The notes beneath the pieces were generated by a model that searched no databases, was not told where the DNA came from, and worked only from the letters and a program-made list of their open reading frames with translations. Both the position numbers and the translations under genes were made by a program. 64,000 nucleotides of DNA from Ginglymostoma cirratum (taxonomy: Eukaryota): positions 15,888,097-15,952,096 of the forward strand of contig JAHRHZ010000021.1 in assembly GCA_024137785.1 (NCBI GenBank), in the 5' to 3' direction. Shown one piece after another: positions 1 through 13,449 of this stretch. Within the stretch, counting starts at the first letter, position 1; every line of letters begins with the position of its first letter.

Positions 1-500
1 GTTATTGAGGCTCAAAATGTCATTGAGACACAAAACTCAAGAGCCATTGATGTTGTTATTATTCTTGCGAGTGTTGCAGTTTATTCTGAAGATATTGATT
101 TCCACAATGAAAATATCTTTAGATGTGAATGGAATGCAATAAAACACTGAAAGCTCGAGATTGGCTACTCTCTGGGCTCACATAGTCAAGACAACCAATT
201 GCACTGGTTTAAAATCAAAATACTCTGGAGACTGGAAATTGAAATGAAGGACAAAATACTGGTCCAAATTGGTGCACAGGTTGTAGACCGGAAAATTTAA
301 CACTTATTTGTCTTCTCCAAGATGCTGTCAGACTTGTTGCATATTTCTAGTATTCTGAGATTGCTCTGATTCCCTTAATTTATTAACTTTATATTAGTAC
401 TTTGTCTAAATCCAACTACACATACCAGAGAAGCAACATAACCTCTGAGATGTATCGATTTAACAGTTTCAGGACAAAATTTCTTGTAATATTGCATAAT

Positions 501-819
501 GACAGAAGCGTACAGAATACTGACAGGCCTGGATAGAGTGGATGTGGTGATGATATTTCCACTGGTCAGAGAGACTAGGACCTGAGACCACAGCCTCACA
601 GTGAAGGGACCACCTTTAGAACTGACATGAAGAGGAATTTCTTCAGCCAGAGGGTGGTGAATCTGTTGAACTCACTCCTGCAAAGGGCAATGGAGGCCAA
701 GTCAATGAGTGTATTTAAGACAGAGATAGGTTCTCAATTAGTATAGGGGATCATTGATTCCTGCAGAAGGCAGGAAAAGATGGGCTGAATAGCCTAATTC
801 TGCTCTTATGTTTTATGGA
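501..819 (+). mobile_element. CR1 LINE 3' fragment
   Basis: Decayed ORF2 C-terminus (ttcttcagccagagggtggtgaatctgttgaactcactc, FFSQRVVNL-NSL type) plus 3' tail ...ctgctcttatgttttatg. Confidence 0.85.
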
Positions 820-1754
820 ATTATAATCTATTCCCTGGCAACTTCATTTCACTTTCCGAAACTGACTGTCAGAATTTCTGTATTGCCAACTAATCTTAAA
901 CTTTATTAATATAGTGGACTTTATCGTATTAAAGGTCTGGGCATTGCTACAAATGGCTTTTAATCAGTGATGCGATTTCTTGTGTAGTTGGCCTGAAGCC
1001 ATATTTTCCCCACTGCATAGTATTAGCAAAGTTGAAATGAATACAAATTAACACAATGCTAGCAGGACTATTTGTCTGTGTTTGGCTTTATGCTGACGGT
1101 TTTTGTTTTTTTGAAAGGGTGGAAAAATCCTTTAGTTTTATTTTTTATATTTTGGAAAATTGATGCACAGGCATGAGTGTCAAAGAAAATTAGAAGTGCC
1201 TATTAACTCTTGTTCAAGATTTGAATTGGTGGTCTTTTTTAAAAAATAATTCTATGATTTCAAAGTACCACAAAGACGTTCCCTGCTGCAAAGCAAGGAA
1301 GAGTGCCCTTTAGCAGATATTATGCAATTGAACAGCAGCAGAAGATGGGGGAGCTAGACAGGGTTTCAGAAACAATAGGCACACCCTGTATAACAAATTT
1401 AGCAATGCAGCATTCACATAATTTCTCCGAATGTTTCACTGGTCTCCCACTGAAGGTATGTTTGAAAATTGAAAAGAAATCCTGTGAAATTCTAGGGCTA
1501 TGCATGATAAAACCTGATAATGATATTTCTTAACTCCCATACGCCAGTACAGAAAATCTACACAAAGGCATTTAACTTCTAAGAAAATGTGTGATGTTTG
1601 TTGTGCTGTTGTGATTATCTAAAACCCATTCACTAAGCCCTTCTTAAACTTGAAGGGTGGAAGGAATCTTTAAGTGATCCCACTTAACTTATACATATCA
1701 TGCATTTTTGAACACTTTGAACACTCAAATTTCTGACTTGTTTTTGTCCCTGGT

Positions 1755-1820
1755 AAAGCTTTTAGCCTGGTGTCAGGAGGTTGTGGGTTCAAATACCACT
1801 CCAGAGACTTGAGCGCAGAA
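1755..1820 (+). mobile_element. DeuSINE/SacSINE1-like tRNA-derived head fragment
   Basis: gtcaggaggttgtgggttcaaataccactccagagacttgagc (B box-like sequence then ccactccagagacttgagc); similar heads at 27.3, 29.2 and 50.4 kb. Confidence 0.6.
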
Positions 1821-2314
1821 GTTGAATAAAGGAAGAACAATAAAGATTGTTGTAAGGTGAAACATCATCTTATAAAACATGCATCGCAAAAGAAAATCAC
1901 TAAAGTGCAACGTGAAAGTTCTGTTCAATAATTATTGTAGCAGCTCAGTGAAGATCATTTTCAAAGCTTTGTCATCTCAATGTGTTACACCATTATCAGC
2001 TTTTATTGCTTTTCTTTTAGATTATTTTGTGTGGTTTCCAATATTAACTTGAAGATTTTTCTTTATTTGTTTGGACTAATAGAATATAGCTTTGGTAAAT
2101 GTTCTGATTTGGGGTGTTATGATTCCAGCTGATTGTAATAGACAGGTTGGGTCCTAGAATGACAACTGGCTTGATGGATCATTAGTTTTGTTTTCATTTT
2201 GTTCGTGTCATTTTTGTTCCTTTTTATGTATTTCTTTACAGTTTTTAAAACATTTTAGTTTCAGTTTATCGCTTGTGAATTGGGGTTTTCTTTTACACTT
2301 TCAATCCTGTTGAA

Positions 2315-2996
2315 AGAACATAGAACATAGAACAGTACAGCACAGTACAGGCCCTTCGGGCACATGATGTTGTGCCGACCTATTATCCTATTAAGATCAA
2401 TCTACGTTGCATTCCCTACATTTGACTATCCTCCATGTGCCTATCCAAGAGTCGCTTAAGAAGTCTCCAAAGAATCTGACGCCACTACCACTGCCAGCAG
2501 CGCATTCCACACGCCCACCACTCTCTGTGTAAAGAACCTACCTCTGACATCTCCCCTGTATCTTCCTCCAGTCGCCTTAGAATTATGTCCCCTCGTAATA
2601 GACACTTCTGCCCTGGGAAAAAGTCTCTGGCTATCCACTCTATCTATGCCTGTCATCATCTTGTACATTTCTATCAAGTCACCTCTCATCCTTCTTCGCG
2701 CCAATGATAAAAGCCCTAGCTCCCTTAACCTTTCCTCATAAGACCTGCCCTCCAGTCCAGGCAGCATCCTGGTAAATCTCCTCTGCACCCACTCTAAAGC
2801 ATCCACATCCTTCCTATAATGAGGTGACCAGAACTGAACACAATATTCCAAGTGTGGTCTAACCAGAGATTTATAGAGCTGCAGCATAACCTTGCGGCTC
2901 TTAAACTCTATTCCCCTGCCAATGAAAGCCAACTCACCATACGCCTTCTTTACAACCCTATCAACCTTGGTAGCAACTTTGAGGGATCTATGGATG
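2315..2996 (-). mobile_element. CR1 LINE 3' part (ORF2 C-terminus + tail)
   Basis: ORF 2456-3142: LYKSLVRPHLEYCVQFWSPHYRKD...RGDLIEMYK...FFTQRVVGVWNAL; (catagaa)n tail at 2315-2334. Confidence 0.95.
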
Positions 2997-2999
2997 TAT

Positions 3000-3255
3000 A
3001 GACATAAGAAATAGGAGCAGGAGTAGGCCGCCTGGTCCATCAGGCCTGCTCTGACATCCAATATGTCACGGCTGATCTTTTCATGGACACAGCTCCACTT
3101 ACCCGCCCGCTCACCATAACCCTTAGTTCCTTTACTGTTCAAAAATCTATCTTTGCCTTAAAAACATTCAGTGAGGTAGCTACATCTGCTTCACTGGGCA
3201 GGGAATTCCACAAATTCACAACCCTTTGGGTGAAGAAGTTCCTTCTCAACTCAGT
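3000..3255 (-). mobile_element. CR1 LINE 3' end, second subfamily
   Basis: cataagaaataggagcaggagtaggcc terminus; closely similar to 11650-11900 and to the reverse complement of 28970-29187. Confidence 0.9.
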
Positions 3256-3999
3256 TTTAAAAGGGTTAGGGTTAATGTCCTTGTGGTTTCTTCTTCTGAA
3301 TTTGCATCACTCGGTCATTAAAATACAGGGTTATGACACTGCATGGAGGAATGTCAGGCCATAGCCAAGAGGCCAGGTTAGGTTGGAGCTGGTCACTACG
3401 AGCCAGAGGAAAGTCACTGTGGGGTGGATTCTAACTTTGCAAAAACACATGAGGCTCCTCCACCTGAAGGAAAAAGTCTTGTAAATATCTTTAGTCAAGG
3501 CAGCAAAAACTGAAAGGAATTTGAGTGAGTCACTGCAGGCATCTGAATGTCAACAGCAATCGCATCAAATAAATTGTATTGGCCAGAAATGTTGTTTGCA
3601 GCCACTAAGAATGAGTATTTAGATTTGAGCACCTCTAAAATTTAAACTATCTAGATTTGAAGGCTGAAAAATATGGAGAATCTGATGCGTAGATCGCAGG
3701 GAATTGAAATATTGTCCAACACAATGTATCTTGGAAATTAACTGTGTCAAAAATCATTAGAACAGGTTCAAGACTGTCATTCCTTCTTAGGGTATTAGCA
3801 TAATGATGTGATCCAGTCAGAGTTCTGTGAGCTTGAATAGTTACGCATGGTACAGGCAGGATTAAAAGCCAATCTTTTGTGAAGAGATTTACTAGTGACA
3901 TTATGTGGTGTGTGCTTCATGGGCCATGAAACAATCTCTCATGTGTGTTTCTGAAGGGCAGGAAACCAAATGATGAAGAGAGTATTTCCTCTTTTACAA

Positions 4000-4320
4000 T
4001 TCACCAGCTGCGCCTCCAATCTCTGTGATCTCGCACGGCTCTCTAATCCACCCAAATGCATGCATTACTCTAGTCTGGCCTCTTGAGCATCCCTCTTATT
4101 TTCAGTTAGGTCCAAAACACTAGAATTGCCTCCCTAAACCGCTTTGGGTCTCTACCTCTCTTTCTTCCTTTACAACACTCCTTAAAAAAATTAACTGAAG
4201 ATACTTTTGAACAAGCTATTGGGTATCTCCCTTAATGTCACCCAGGGTTAAATATTGCTTTAAAATGCCATTGTGAAGCACCTTGATTTTATTATGTTAA
4301 GGCATGGCCAAAATATAGGG
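4000..4320 (+). mobile_element. L2-like LINE 3' end
   Basis: gaattgcctccctaaacc...ctctacctctctttcttcctttacaacactccttaaaa...tgtgaagcaccttg resembles an L2 C-terminus and tail. Confidence 0.6.
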
Positions 4321-4358
4321 TGGCATTCTTTAACTTGTGACTCAACATCACTTTTCAA

Positions 4359-4488
4359 TGATGAAGCGTCATCTCAACTTGAAATGTTAGCTTGCTCTCG
4401 CTCCATGATTCCTCGCTGACCTACTGTGATCTCCAGCATTTGTTGTTTTCAGTACAGATTCCAGCATCTGCAGTAATTTGTTCCTATT
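4359..4488 (+). mobile_element. Short PLE-derived insert with degenerate hammerhead
   Basis: Begins tgatgaagcgtc...gaaatgttag and ends ccagcatctgcagtaatttg; flanked by duplication acttttcaat (4350-4359 / 4489-4498). Confidence 0.7.
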
Positions 4489-4669
4489 ACTTTTCAATCA
4501 TTGCTTTACATCAGTGTAAATAAAGTAACATAAATGTAGGATTAGCTTCAAAGGTTTCCAGGGAAGGAAGCCTTCAGGTCTGGAGCACTCACTTTTCTAC
4601 TCTAAATACTGGTACAGGCTGAGCAGCAGTTTACTTGGCAAATATTTGACTCTTGCATGTTAAGACTTT

Positions 4670-4760
4670 GTTTTTATTTATTCATTTGTGGGATGTGGGT
4701 GTCACTGGCTAGTCACCATATATTGCCTGTCCCTAGTTGCCCTTGAGAAGGTGGTGGTGA
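4670..4760 (-). mobile_element. LINE family B 3' tail
   Basis: ttcatttgtgggatgtgggtgtcactggc...attgcctgtccctagttgcccttgagaaggtggtggtga; same tail at 48.4, 50.1 and 57.0 kb. Confidence 0.8.
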
Positions 4761-6855
4761 CTAGAGTTCTCTGAAATGGTAATGAATAGGATAGCACAAT
4801 ACTTTAGTCAAGGCAGGAGAGAGATTAAAGTTGTGGGGATTCTGAAACCTTGGAAGTCATAACTGAATACACAAGATTATTCAATTGCCAAAAATTCACA
4901 ATGAAATCATTTACTACACAGTGTCTTTGGGCATCAATAAATGAAAAATATTCCTCTCCAGAACAGTCCAAATGATCAAGGAAAATATCTTTTAAGATAG
5001 AATAATCATCAACAACAGAATATTAAAGGAAAATGAATTGTGATTTAGTTAATACTGAAGAGCAACAGTTACCAATTGCTGTCATACTCTGAAAGGTTGT
5101 TGAAAATGAAGGTTTTTCACAACAAGATGGATACAAATGAACCATTTTCTCCTTTTTCCCTATTTAGTTCAGTACAAGAGTCAAAAATTAGGAAATTGTA
5201 TATGAATTGAACGTAAATGAATAAATGGATTTCGTTAAAATTAAAGACTTAAAGATTGTCACGAGAAGATTCTACAAAATATTTAATTATCATTTTCTCA
5301 GTGGAGGAAAATGAAAGAAGGAATTAATTGACAATGAATGTTGGTGAGCATTAAGCGACTGCATTAGTTTTCTAGTCTCTCCAGTTTGCTTTGTGCATCA
5401 GACAATTATCTACTTTCTGGTCTGACTGCCAACAAATGAGCTGGCACTTTCTCTCTTGAGCTCTCATTCAGCTGCAGGTCCATGTGAGGTACAGGATCAG
5501 GTTAAACAGCCAGGAAAAAGAAAGGTCACTGCTTCTGCTTTTTGATAAATGGGAACCGACAGCGTGCAGGTTTGGTGCCCTATTTGTGGCAGTCTGCTTT
5601 GCGAGAGACAGTGAATACTGTGCAGAATAGCACAGTATTCATTATCTTTAAGTGATCAACTTTTTGTAGCAGGCACCAAAATTATTCATCTCACCAATTT
5701 CACCGACTTTATAAAAGCACCAAAAAATATCACCCCGTTAAATGAAGAAAACATGATATTCAGCAAGATATTGTCGCAGTTGGTGTATTGAACGTACTCT
5801 GTGATGAGGAACAATTTGTAAGAGCTCAGTTGGAAGCCAGTCTTTGTTATGATAATCAAAAAGTTATTCAAGATAATAATGGAATAAACAGCACTTACCA
5901 TTTCTTTAAGTGTCTACTGCTGATTACAAACAATCATTTTTCACTTTGATTTATATCGTCACGCCTCACTGCGGTAGTGCATTGGAAATGAAGCTCTGCT
6001 ATTCTAGGAGTCATCGGTTTAAAAGTTTAAAAATTTTATCAAAGTATGCAAAGTCCACAATTTTCTTGACAGATCCAGACTAACACAAAATACAATATTT
6101 CTGTACTTAATAAGAATTACTATTTATTGCAAGCAATTACGAACTGTCAACATGCAAATACTGGTTAAAATACTAACATGTGCACCACCCACCACTGCCC
6201 AACATCTTAAAAAAAACCCTGCCCACACAGACAGAAAGAAGAACTAGGGAAGCAGTTTAATGGCCCCAATCCATGGGTTTCACTGAGTTCATTCTTTTGC
6301 TTGTCAGGGTTTTCTGTTCTTCAATCTTTTACCGATTCTTTCCGCTTCTTCACAGGAGGCTCTGGCTATTGGTACATTAACTACAAAGTCTCCTAATTAC
6401 TGGTCTCAGTTAAAGGCCACAGCTTTTAGCAGTTTTTAGTAGGGGAAACCAGCTTCTTTAGGCTTTACGTATTTTATTGGAGATAACAACACACCATCTT
6501 ATAGCTAATCCCTTATAGCAGTTGGAAGACTTCTGCCAGTATTGTGCGCACCCAAACGGTTCAGCTACCCAGCAGCCAGTCAAATATTTGTCAGGCTGAT
6601 GGCCTTTGCCATCCACAACTTTACAACCCAATTAGCAACTTGTTGCTGACCGAATATCACATTGTATACTCTCCCTGGTGCCGGGCTATAATCTCTGTAA
6701 TCATGTACATGGATTAAGATGGCAACTGTTTATATCAAAACATTACACGTCCTGATATCGTCTACCTGTCATAAAATGTAAAGTCTTTGTGAAATCTCTG
6801 CAATAATACAATGGACCTGTTTAACATCAAATGCAGTAACAACAAACAACAAACA

Positions 6856-6951
6856 TTTCTGAAGAAGGGTCCTGACCAGAAACGTCAGCTTTCCTGCTCC
6901 TCTGACGCTGCCTGGTCCGCTGTGTTCCTCCAGCTCCACACTGTGTTATCT
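6856..6951 (+). mobile_element. Short PLE-derived insert with hammerhead motif
   Basis: tttctgaagaagggtcctgaccagaaacgtc...gttatct; duplication acaacaaaca at 6846-6855 / 6952-6961 (within a low-complexity tract). Confidence 0.8.
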
Positions 6952-8257
6952 ACAACAAACAAATAATGTTCATTTTTTATGAATAATTAGAGATGTTTCT
7001 GTTTTCTTTGAAATCTGAAAGGTTTATGGAGCATGCAATAATGCTAACAGTATAGTATTTTCTAAATTAGGCAATTAAAATATATTGTAATGAACAAAAT
7101 GGATACATTGAAAATTATTTGATATCATAAATTGATTTACTTACTGTTATCTCCAATCTTCCCTTTACAAACAGATGGTAAGTTGTGTTTGCTCATTATT
7201 AATTGTTTAGTATTTTTTCCAGGAGTTTTTGATCTTTTCTAGGACAAAAAGCATTAGGAATTTTGATATTAGATTGACTTCAGTTCATTACCCTGAACTG
7301 TGTTTAAGTTTGCAAAGAACCAATTATTACACCTTTTTTTTGATACGAGTAATAGTGGGTTATTATACACATTGAGCTTTTTTAGATGCAAGAGATGTAG
7401 TGTTGGTGAAAGGTGCACACAGAATGAGATCAGGAAGAAGATTAATCTTCTGCCTACACATTTTGCATTCGCAGATACCTTATGGATTTCACACTTGTTT
7501 TGCATTCAAACCTCTTTCACATGCACACACTCCAACAGCTTATACATGATGCCTCTCCACTCCTCCTTCCCAACTTTGATGTTTTAACTTGAAATCAGCA
7601 GAACAGTACTTGTAATTTAAGTGATAGTGAATTATTGGAGTTTGTACTTGATTATTGTCATCGTTTTTCACTGAAGTGAACGTACTCTCCACCAAACACT
7701 CTCAATGTCCAAGATTATATTCTGGAGCACCATATGTGGGCTACCCTAGGGCTGAGATCTTTGACATTTTTCTGGTGTGTGTGGAACTAAGCCTTTGAGA
7801 GGAAGGAGTCAATCTTGATCCCCAGCTTATTCTAAAGTATATATCTCATTATTAGAGATGTTACAAATGAACTTGTTAATTCTGACTTATGGACAAGGTC
7901 AACAGGCCAAGATTCCCACTCCAGGGATGGGGTGTCTTTCCAATCCAAGTATAGAAACTATGCTGTTATGTTAAGGGATTGGACTTAATCCCATAACTAA
8001 GGATCAGGAGCTGGGGATTTTCTTGATACTGTGATCCTGCCTTTGTGCTGGCAGATTGGGCTTTACATCTTTTGGAGGGTATTTTCAGCCTGATGTCAAC
8101 CTTGCCACCAAAGTCAGCAGGCTCCAGGCAGAGATAGAGACTGCTTTGATGCTGGTAGGGCACAGTTAGAAGGCCTACCTCCATTTCCCAAGCCGTCCAT
8201 CCTGTTTGTAGATCAGTGAAAAGCCCCAGATGCCCACAGCCACATAAACCCTCTCTC

Positions 8258-9055
8258 TTACAGTCATAGAGTTATACAGCACAGAAACAGGCACCTCAGC
8301 CCAACTTGTCCATACCGACCAATTATCCCAAATTAATCTGGTCCTATCTGCCAGCATTTGGCCATATCCCTCTAAGCCCTTCCTGCTCCTACACACATTC
8401 CAGATGCCTTTTAAATGTTGTAATTGTACATGCTCCCATCACTTCCTCTGGCAGCTAATTCCACACACACACCACCCTCTGTGTGACAACGCTGCCTCTC
8501 AGCGTCCTTTTCAAAACATTCCCCTTTCACCTTAAGCTTATGCCTTCTGGTTTTTGACTCCCCTACCCTGGGAAAAAAGACCTTGACTATTCACTCTATC
8601 CAAGCCCCTCATGATTTTATGATTCTCCGTATGTTCACTGCTCAGCCTCTGACACGCCAGTCTCTCCCTACAGCTTAAATCCTCCAATCCCGGTATATCC
8701 TTGTAGTTCCTTTCTGAACCCTTTCAAGTATAACAACATCTTTCCTCTAGCAAGAAGACCAGAATTGAACACAGTACTGTAAAAGTGGCCTCACTACTGT
8801 CCTGTACAGCCTCAACATCATGTCCCAACTCCTATACTCAATGCACTGGCCAAAGAAAGCAAACGTGCTAAACATCGTCTCCATTACCCTGTCTACCTTT
8901 GACTCCAGTTTCAAGGAATTATGCACGGGCCCTCCCCCCAGGACTCTTTGTTTGACAGCACTGCCAAGGGCCCTACCTCACATTTATATAAATTAAACTG
9001 CACTGACCCATTGAGCCATCTGATCAAGATTCTGTTGTACTCTGAGATAACCTTC
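8258..9055 (-). mobile_element. CR1 LINE 3' part
   Basis: Tail agtcatagagttatacagc, then reverse-strand LYRTVVRPL / QFWS / RVVCVW motifs with frameshifts. Confidence 0.9.
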
Positions 9056-10059
9056 TCTCTTCTTTCATCCCCCCTTTATTTTCTGACACCCTTCACCCCT
9101 CCCCCAATCACTAGTCCCTACCACCTTCTCAACCTCCTTATCCCCAACAAACCCACCCAGAATCAACTGTATAAACATAATTCATTTGCTTTATACTTGC
9201 ATTCAGATCACTTTGAACAGTTCATAGGCCTGTCAAAGTTAATAAACATCACAAGAACAGGCATATGAAAAGCCATTATCCTCTTTGAAAAAGTCTCAAC
9301 TATGTCAAAATCTTCAAGTTCATTTCCTCAATAGCTGTGTAAACAAATCCTGCAGTGAAAAATCCATTAATTTTTTGAAAACAGTGGAAAATGCCTGTTA
9401 CACCTTTGAATTTTCCAAATAAATGGTCAGGAATGTCTGTAAAGAATGAATGATAGCCATGGGTAGAGTTTGAACAATTGAACAATGACTTTCATTATAG
9501 AATAACACTATTATCAAGTGAAAAATCTATTCTAAAGCAAATGAAGTCTTTTCACTTGTGCAATAATGCTCTTTCCTTTGGCAGCTTGCCAGTTATCTGA
9601 GGTTTAATGGTCACTTTTACATTTTCCAGACGCAGCATTGTCATCACTCGTTTTAGTATAAACCAATATAATGCAGGCTACAGCATTTCAACTTGCACTG
9701 TAAAGAAGACAACAATGTCGATGCTCTCCAGCACCATCATAAAACATAGAAATTAACCAGACATTGAGGATAAAGATAGATAAATAAAGAAATAAATTTA
9801 AAAGTTCAACATTTCGGTCCTTGTTAAGTGCTTAGCTCTGGGCTGGATTCGGGCTTATCAACCCCAATGCTGAGACAAACATCAGCATGAAGCAATGGGC
9901 CAGCCTTGAGTCCCTTCACCATGCCATTGCCGTGGAACTGTGTTGCCATCTTCCAGTGCTATCTTGCCTCTACCGTGAGTCTGTGCTGGGCCAATCTCAG
10001 CAATGCAGCCATTGCTGAAGCTGAGTGAGTGAGAAAATGCCTCACAGATGTAAAGTTGT

Positions 10060-10797
10060 CCACGTCGATAGGAGAAACAGAATGCAGAGGATTATTTAAA
10101 TAGTGATTAATTGGGAAAGGTTGATACACAAAGAGACCCAGGTGTCATTGGAAGCAAGTATGTAATTGGAGCAGGCAGCCACAAAGGCAAATTGCATGTT
10201 GGCCTTCATTGTTACTGGAGAAAGGAAGCCTTACTGCAGCTGTACAGTGCCATGGTGAGACCATGCCTGGAGTATTGTGTATAGTTTTGATCTTCTCAAC
10301 TAAGAGGAAATGCACTTGTCATTGAGGGAGTGCAGTGAAGGTTCACCAGATTGATTTCTGGGATGGCAGGTTTGATCGCATGAGGAAAGAATGGCTGGAC
10401 TGGGCTTCTCAGTTTATAATAACAGGAGATCTCATAGAAGTATATATAGTGTGGACAGGGCTGAATGCAGGGATGATGTTTCCCCTGGCTAGGGGTTCCA
10501 GAACAAAGGGGTCACAGACTCAAGGTACGGGTAGGCTATTTCAGACTCAGATGAGGAAAAATTTCCTCACTCAGAAGATGGTGAACTTATGGAATTCTCC
10601 AACACAGAGGTCTATATTGGAAAAGTCACTAAATACATCTGAGAAAGGAACAGATTTCTAGAAACCAAAGGTGTTGAGAGGGTTGATGACAAATTGGGAG
10701 AATTATGTTGAGATAGAGGATCAGCCACAATGATGTTGAATAGCTAAATGGACTCAATGGGCTGAGTGGCTTACTCTTACTCCTATTTCCCTTGTTT
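10060..10797 (+). mobile_element. CR1 LINE 3' part, decayed
   Basis: ctgtacagtgccatggtgagaccatgcctggagtattgtgt (LYSAMVRPCLEYCV); GDLIEVY; NFLTQKMVNLWNSP. Confidence 0.9.
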
Positions 10798-11087
10798 CAA
10801 AAATCTGGCCCAATATCCCACACCTGATTTGGCATTATGAGGCTGAGAAGTACTGAACACTATGTTTCATAATTGTGCTGGCAGTTCGATTCCTGCATGG
10901 AATAGTCATGAATATCTGATATAGTAAGGAGATTTGGAGAAAGAGATTCCAGAAGAGCCACAGAAAAGGAAATGCAATGACTCTGGAGGAGAGGCAGCAT
11001 TAACAGTACGTTCGGGCTGCCTGTGAAACACGCCTACTCCCTCAGGGCTCAACAAAACACATGAAAGGAACAGTTCTCCTTATGTCC

Positions 11088-11317
11088 TGAGATAACAAGG
11101 TATACAGCTGGATGAACACAGCAGGCCAAGCAGCATCAGAGGAGCAGGAAGGCTGACATTTTGGGCCTAGATCCTTCTTCAAAAATCTTTCCGAAGAAGG
11201 GTCTAGGCCCGAAACGTCAGCTTTCCTGCTCCTCTGATGCTGCTTGGCCTGCTGTGTTCATCCAGCTCTACACCTTGTTATCTCAGATTCTCCAGCATCT
11301 GCAGTTCCTACTATCTC
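11088..11317. mobile_element. Palindromic (inverted-arm) PLE-derived element
   Basis: ~95-bp inverted arms (about 11087-11180 / 11193-11286) meeting at hammerhead cores; exact 15-bp duplication tctccttatgtcctg at 11075-11089 / 11314-11328. Confidence 0.9.
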
Positions 11318-11494
11318 CTTATGTCCTGCCTGGTTTCAGCCCAAGCAGAGAAGTCATTGTGGGTTCCCCTTTCAGATCAAAGTTAACATTGTACTTGGGG
11401 GTCACTGACAGACAGCTGAACCAAGGGAGTGTTTCATCACTCTCATCTGCAAGTGGAACGGGGAGAAGGAGGAAATTAGAAATTGGCAACCAAT

Positions 11495-11580
11495 CTGACA
11501 TGTGGGATATGCTCTCCAAAATGGGCTTTGGGGATGGAATCCACAACTGGAGCCAACTGTTCTATTGCTAACATCTATGT
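11495..11580 (+). mobile_element. Tx1/L1-type RT fragment
   Basis: MWDMLSKMGFGDGIHNWSQLFY resembles the L..MGFG..F..WI..LY RT segment of Tx1/L1 elements. Confidence 0.65.
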
Positions 11581-11636
11581 CACATGCTCAATCACAAAAC
11601 CGGAAATTCCTGGAAAACCTCATCAGTTCTGGCTGC

Positions 11637-13030
11637 ATAAGAACAGAAGAACATGAGAAATAGGAGCAGAAATAGGCCATCTGGCCCTTGAGCCTGCGCT
11701 GCTGTTAAATAAAATCATGGCTGATCTTTTCAAGGACTCAGCTCTACTTACCTACCCTGTCACCCCCTTAATTCCTTTACTGTTCAAAAATCTATCTTTG
11801 CTTTAAAACCATTCAACAAGGTAGCCTCAATTGCTTCACTTGGCAGGGAATTCCAAAGATTCACAACCCTTTGGGTGAAAAGTTCCTCCTCAACTCAGTC
11901 CTAAATCTGTTCCCCTTTTTGAGACTATGGCCCCTAGTTTTAGTCTCACCCCCACCAGTGGAAACAACCTCCCCGCTTCTATCTTATCTATTCCCTTCAT
12001 AAGTTTATATGTTTCTATCAGAACTCCCCTCATTAATCTAAATTCCAATGAGAATAGTCCCAGTCTGCTCAGTCTTTCCTCATAAGCCAACCTTTTCAAC
12101 TCTGGAATCAACTTAGTGAACCTCTTCTGCAACACCTCCAGTGCCGGTGGATCCTTTCTCAAGTAAGGAGATCAAAACTGTACACAGTACTCCGGGTGTG
12201 GCCTCACCAGCACCCTATATAGTTGCAGCATAACCTCCCTACTTCTAAACTCTATCCCTCTAACAATGAAGGACAATATTCCATTTGCCTTCTTAATTAC
12301 CTGCTGTATCTGCAAACCGACCTTTTGTGGTTCATGCACAAGGACACCCAGGTCCCTCTGCACAGCAGCGTGCTGCAATTTTTCACCATTTAAATAATAG
12401 TCCATTTTGCTGTTATTCCTAACAAAATGGATGACCTCAAATTTACCAATATCATACTCCATCTGCCAGACTCTTGCCCACTCACTTAACCTATCTATAT
12501 CACGCCGCAGATTTTCGGTGTCCTCTGCACATTTTGCTCTACCACTCATCTCAGTGTTATCTGTGAACTTTGACACATTACACTTGGTCCCCAACTCTAA
12601 ATCTGTGTAAATTGTAAACAATTGCGGTCCCGACACTGATTCCTGAGGCACACCATTAGCCACTGATTACCAACCAGGAAATCACCCCTTTCTCCTCATT
12701 CTTTGCTTCCTGTTAGTTAACCAATCCTCTATCCCTGCTAATATGTTACCTGTAATGTCGTGCACCTTTATCTTATGCAGCAGTCTTTTGTGCGGCACCT
12801 TGCTGAATGCCTTCTGGGAGTCTAGATACACCACATTCACCAGTTCCCCATTGTCCTCAAAGAATTCCAGTAAATTAGTTAAACATGACCTACCTTTCGT
12901 GATCCCATGCGGTGTCTGCCCAATGGTACAATTTCTATCCAGATATCTTGCCATTTCTTCCTTGATTATAGATTCAAGCATATTCCCCACTACAGAAGTT
13001 AAGCTAATGGGCCTATAGTTACCTGCCTTT
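11637..13030 (-). mobile_element. CR1 LINE ORF2 RT remnant
   Basis: GNYRPISLTSVVG, KGRSCLTNLLEFFE, VYLDSQKAFSKVPH, GVPQESVSGPQLF, LYRVLVRPHPEYCVQF across ORFs 12682-13071, 12172-12663 and 11890-12162. Confidence 0.95.
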
Positions 13031-13044
13031 ACTCTGTGGTAATA

Positions 13045-13448
13045 CCTGTGGTGAGAAAGCACAGTTAACATTTTGGGTCCACTGACCCTTCTTCAGAACT
13101 GATTGTAGCAAGAAAAGGTTGTTATATATGTTGACGTTAGGGTAGGAAGGGGGTGGGAGGAGTAAACAACAGGTGGAGATGGAGCCCACAAAGAGAGAAC
13201 AACAGTTGGGCAGATAAAGGACTAGGTAAATGTGAGTCTGGGGAAATCATTAGCTGCTAATGGGGATCATTAGTGGCTGACAATAGGGTGGTTGTGCTGG
13301 CAGCCCATGTGTTGACAAGGCCTGGTGTGCAGGGGTTAGAGTAAGGATATGGGAGAAGGTGCTTAGGCAGCAAAATTATTGAACTCAATATTGAGACCTG
13401 AAGGCTGCAGGGTTCCCGAGCGGAAAATGAGATGCTGTTATTCCAGCC
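13045..13448 (-). mobile_element. Penelope-like element 3' end (GIY-YIG C-terminus, 3' UTR, hammerhead)
   Basis: Minus strand reads HLIFRSGTLQPSGLNIEFNNF, homologous to 59030-59090, then cagtt-ctgaaga-a-gggtc-agtg-gaccc-aaaatgtt-aactg. Confidence 0.85.
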
Positions 13449-13449
13449 T

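Noticed and set aside
1358-1390. acagggt...accctgt as a Tc1/mariner TIR pair
   Set aside because: Only 7 bp of inverted match, which is expected by chance.
2116-2310. Possible LTR fragment (tgttatga... start; also about 6100-6700)
   Set aside because: No partner LTR, primer-binding site, target duplication or gag/pol remnant seen.
2456-3142. Longest ORF (228 aa) as a host gene
   Set aside because: It is a chance in-frame fusion of two adjacent CR1 3' fragments from different subfamilies.
11088-11317. Palindromes as pre-miRNAs or classical DNA-transposon MITEs
   Set aside because: Arms are unequal, duplications are about 15 bp, and the same sequence follows PLE GIY-YIG coding DNA at 59430-59477, which points to a retroelement origin.
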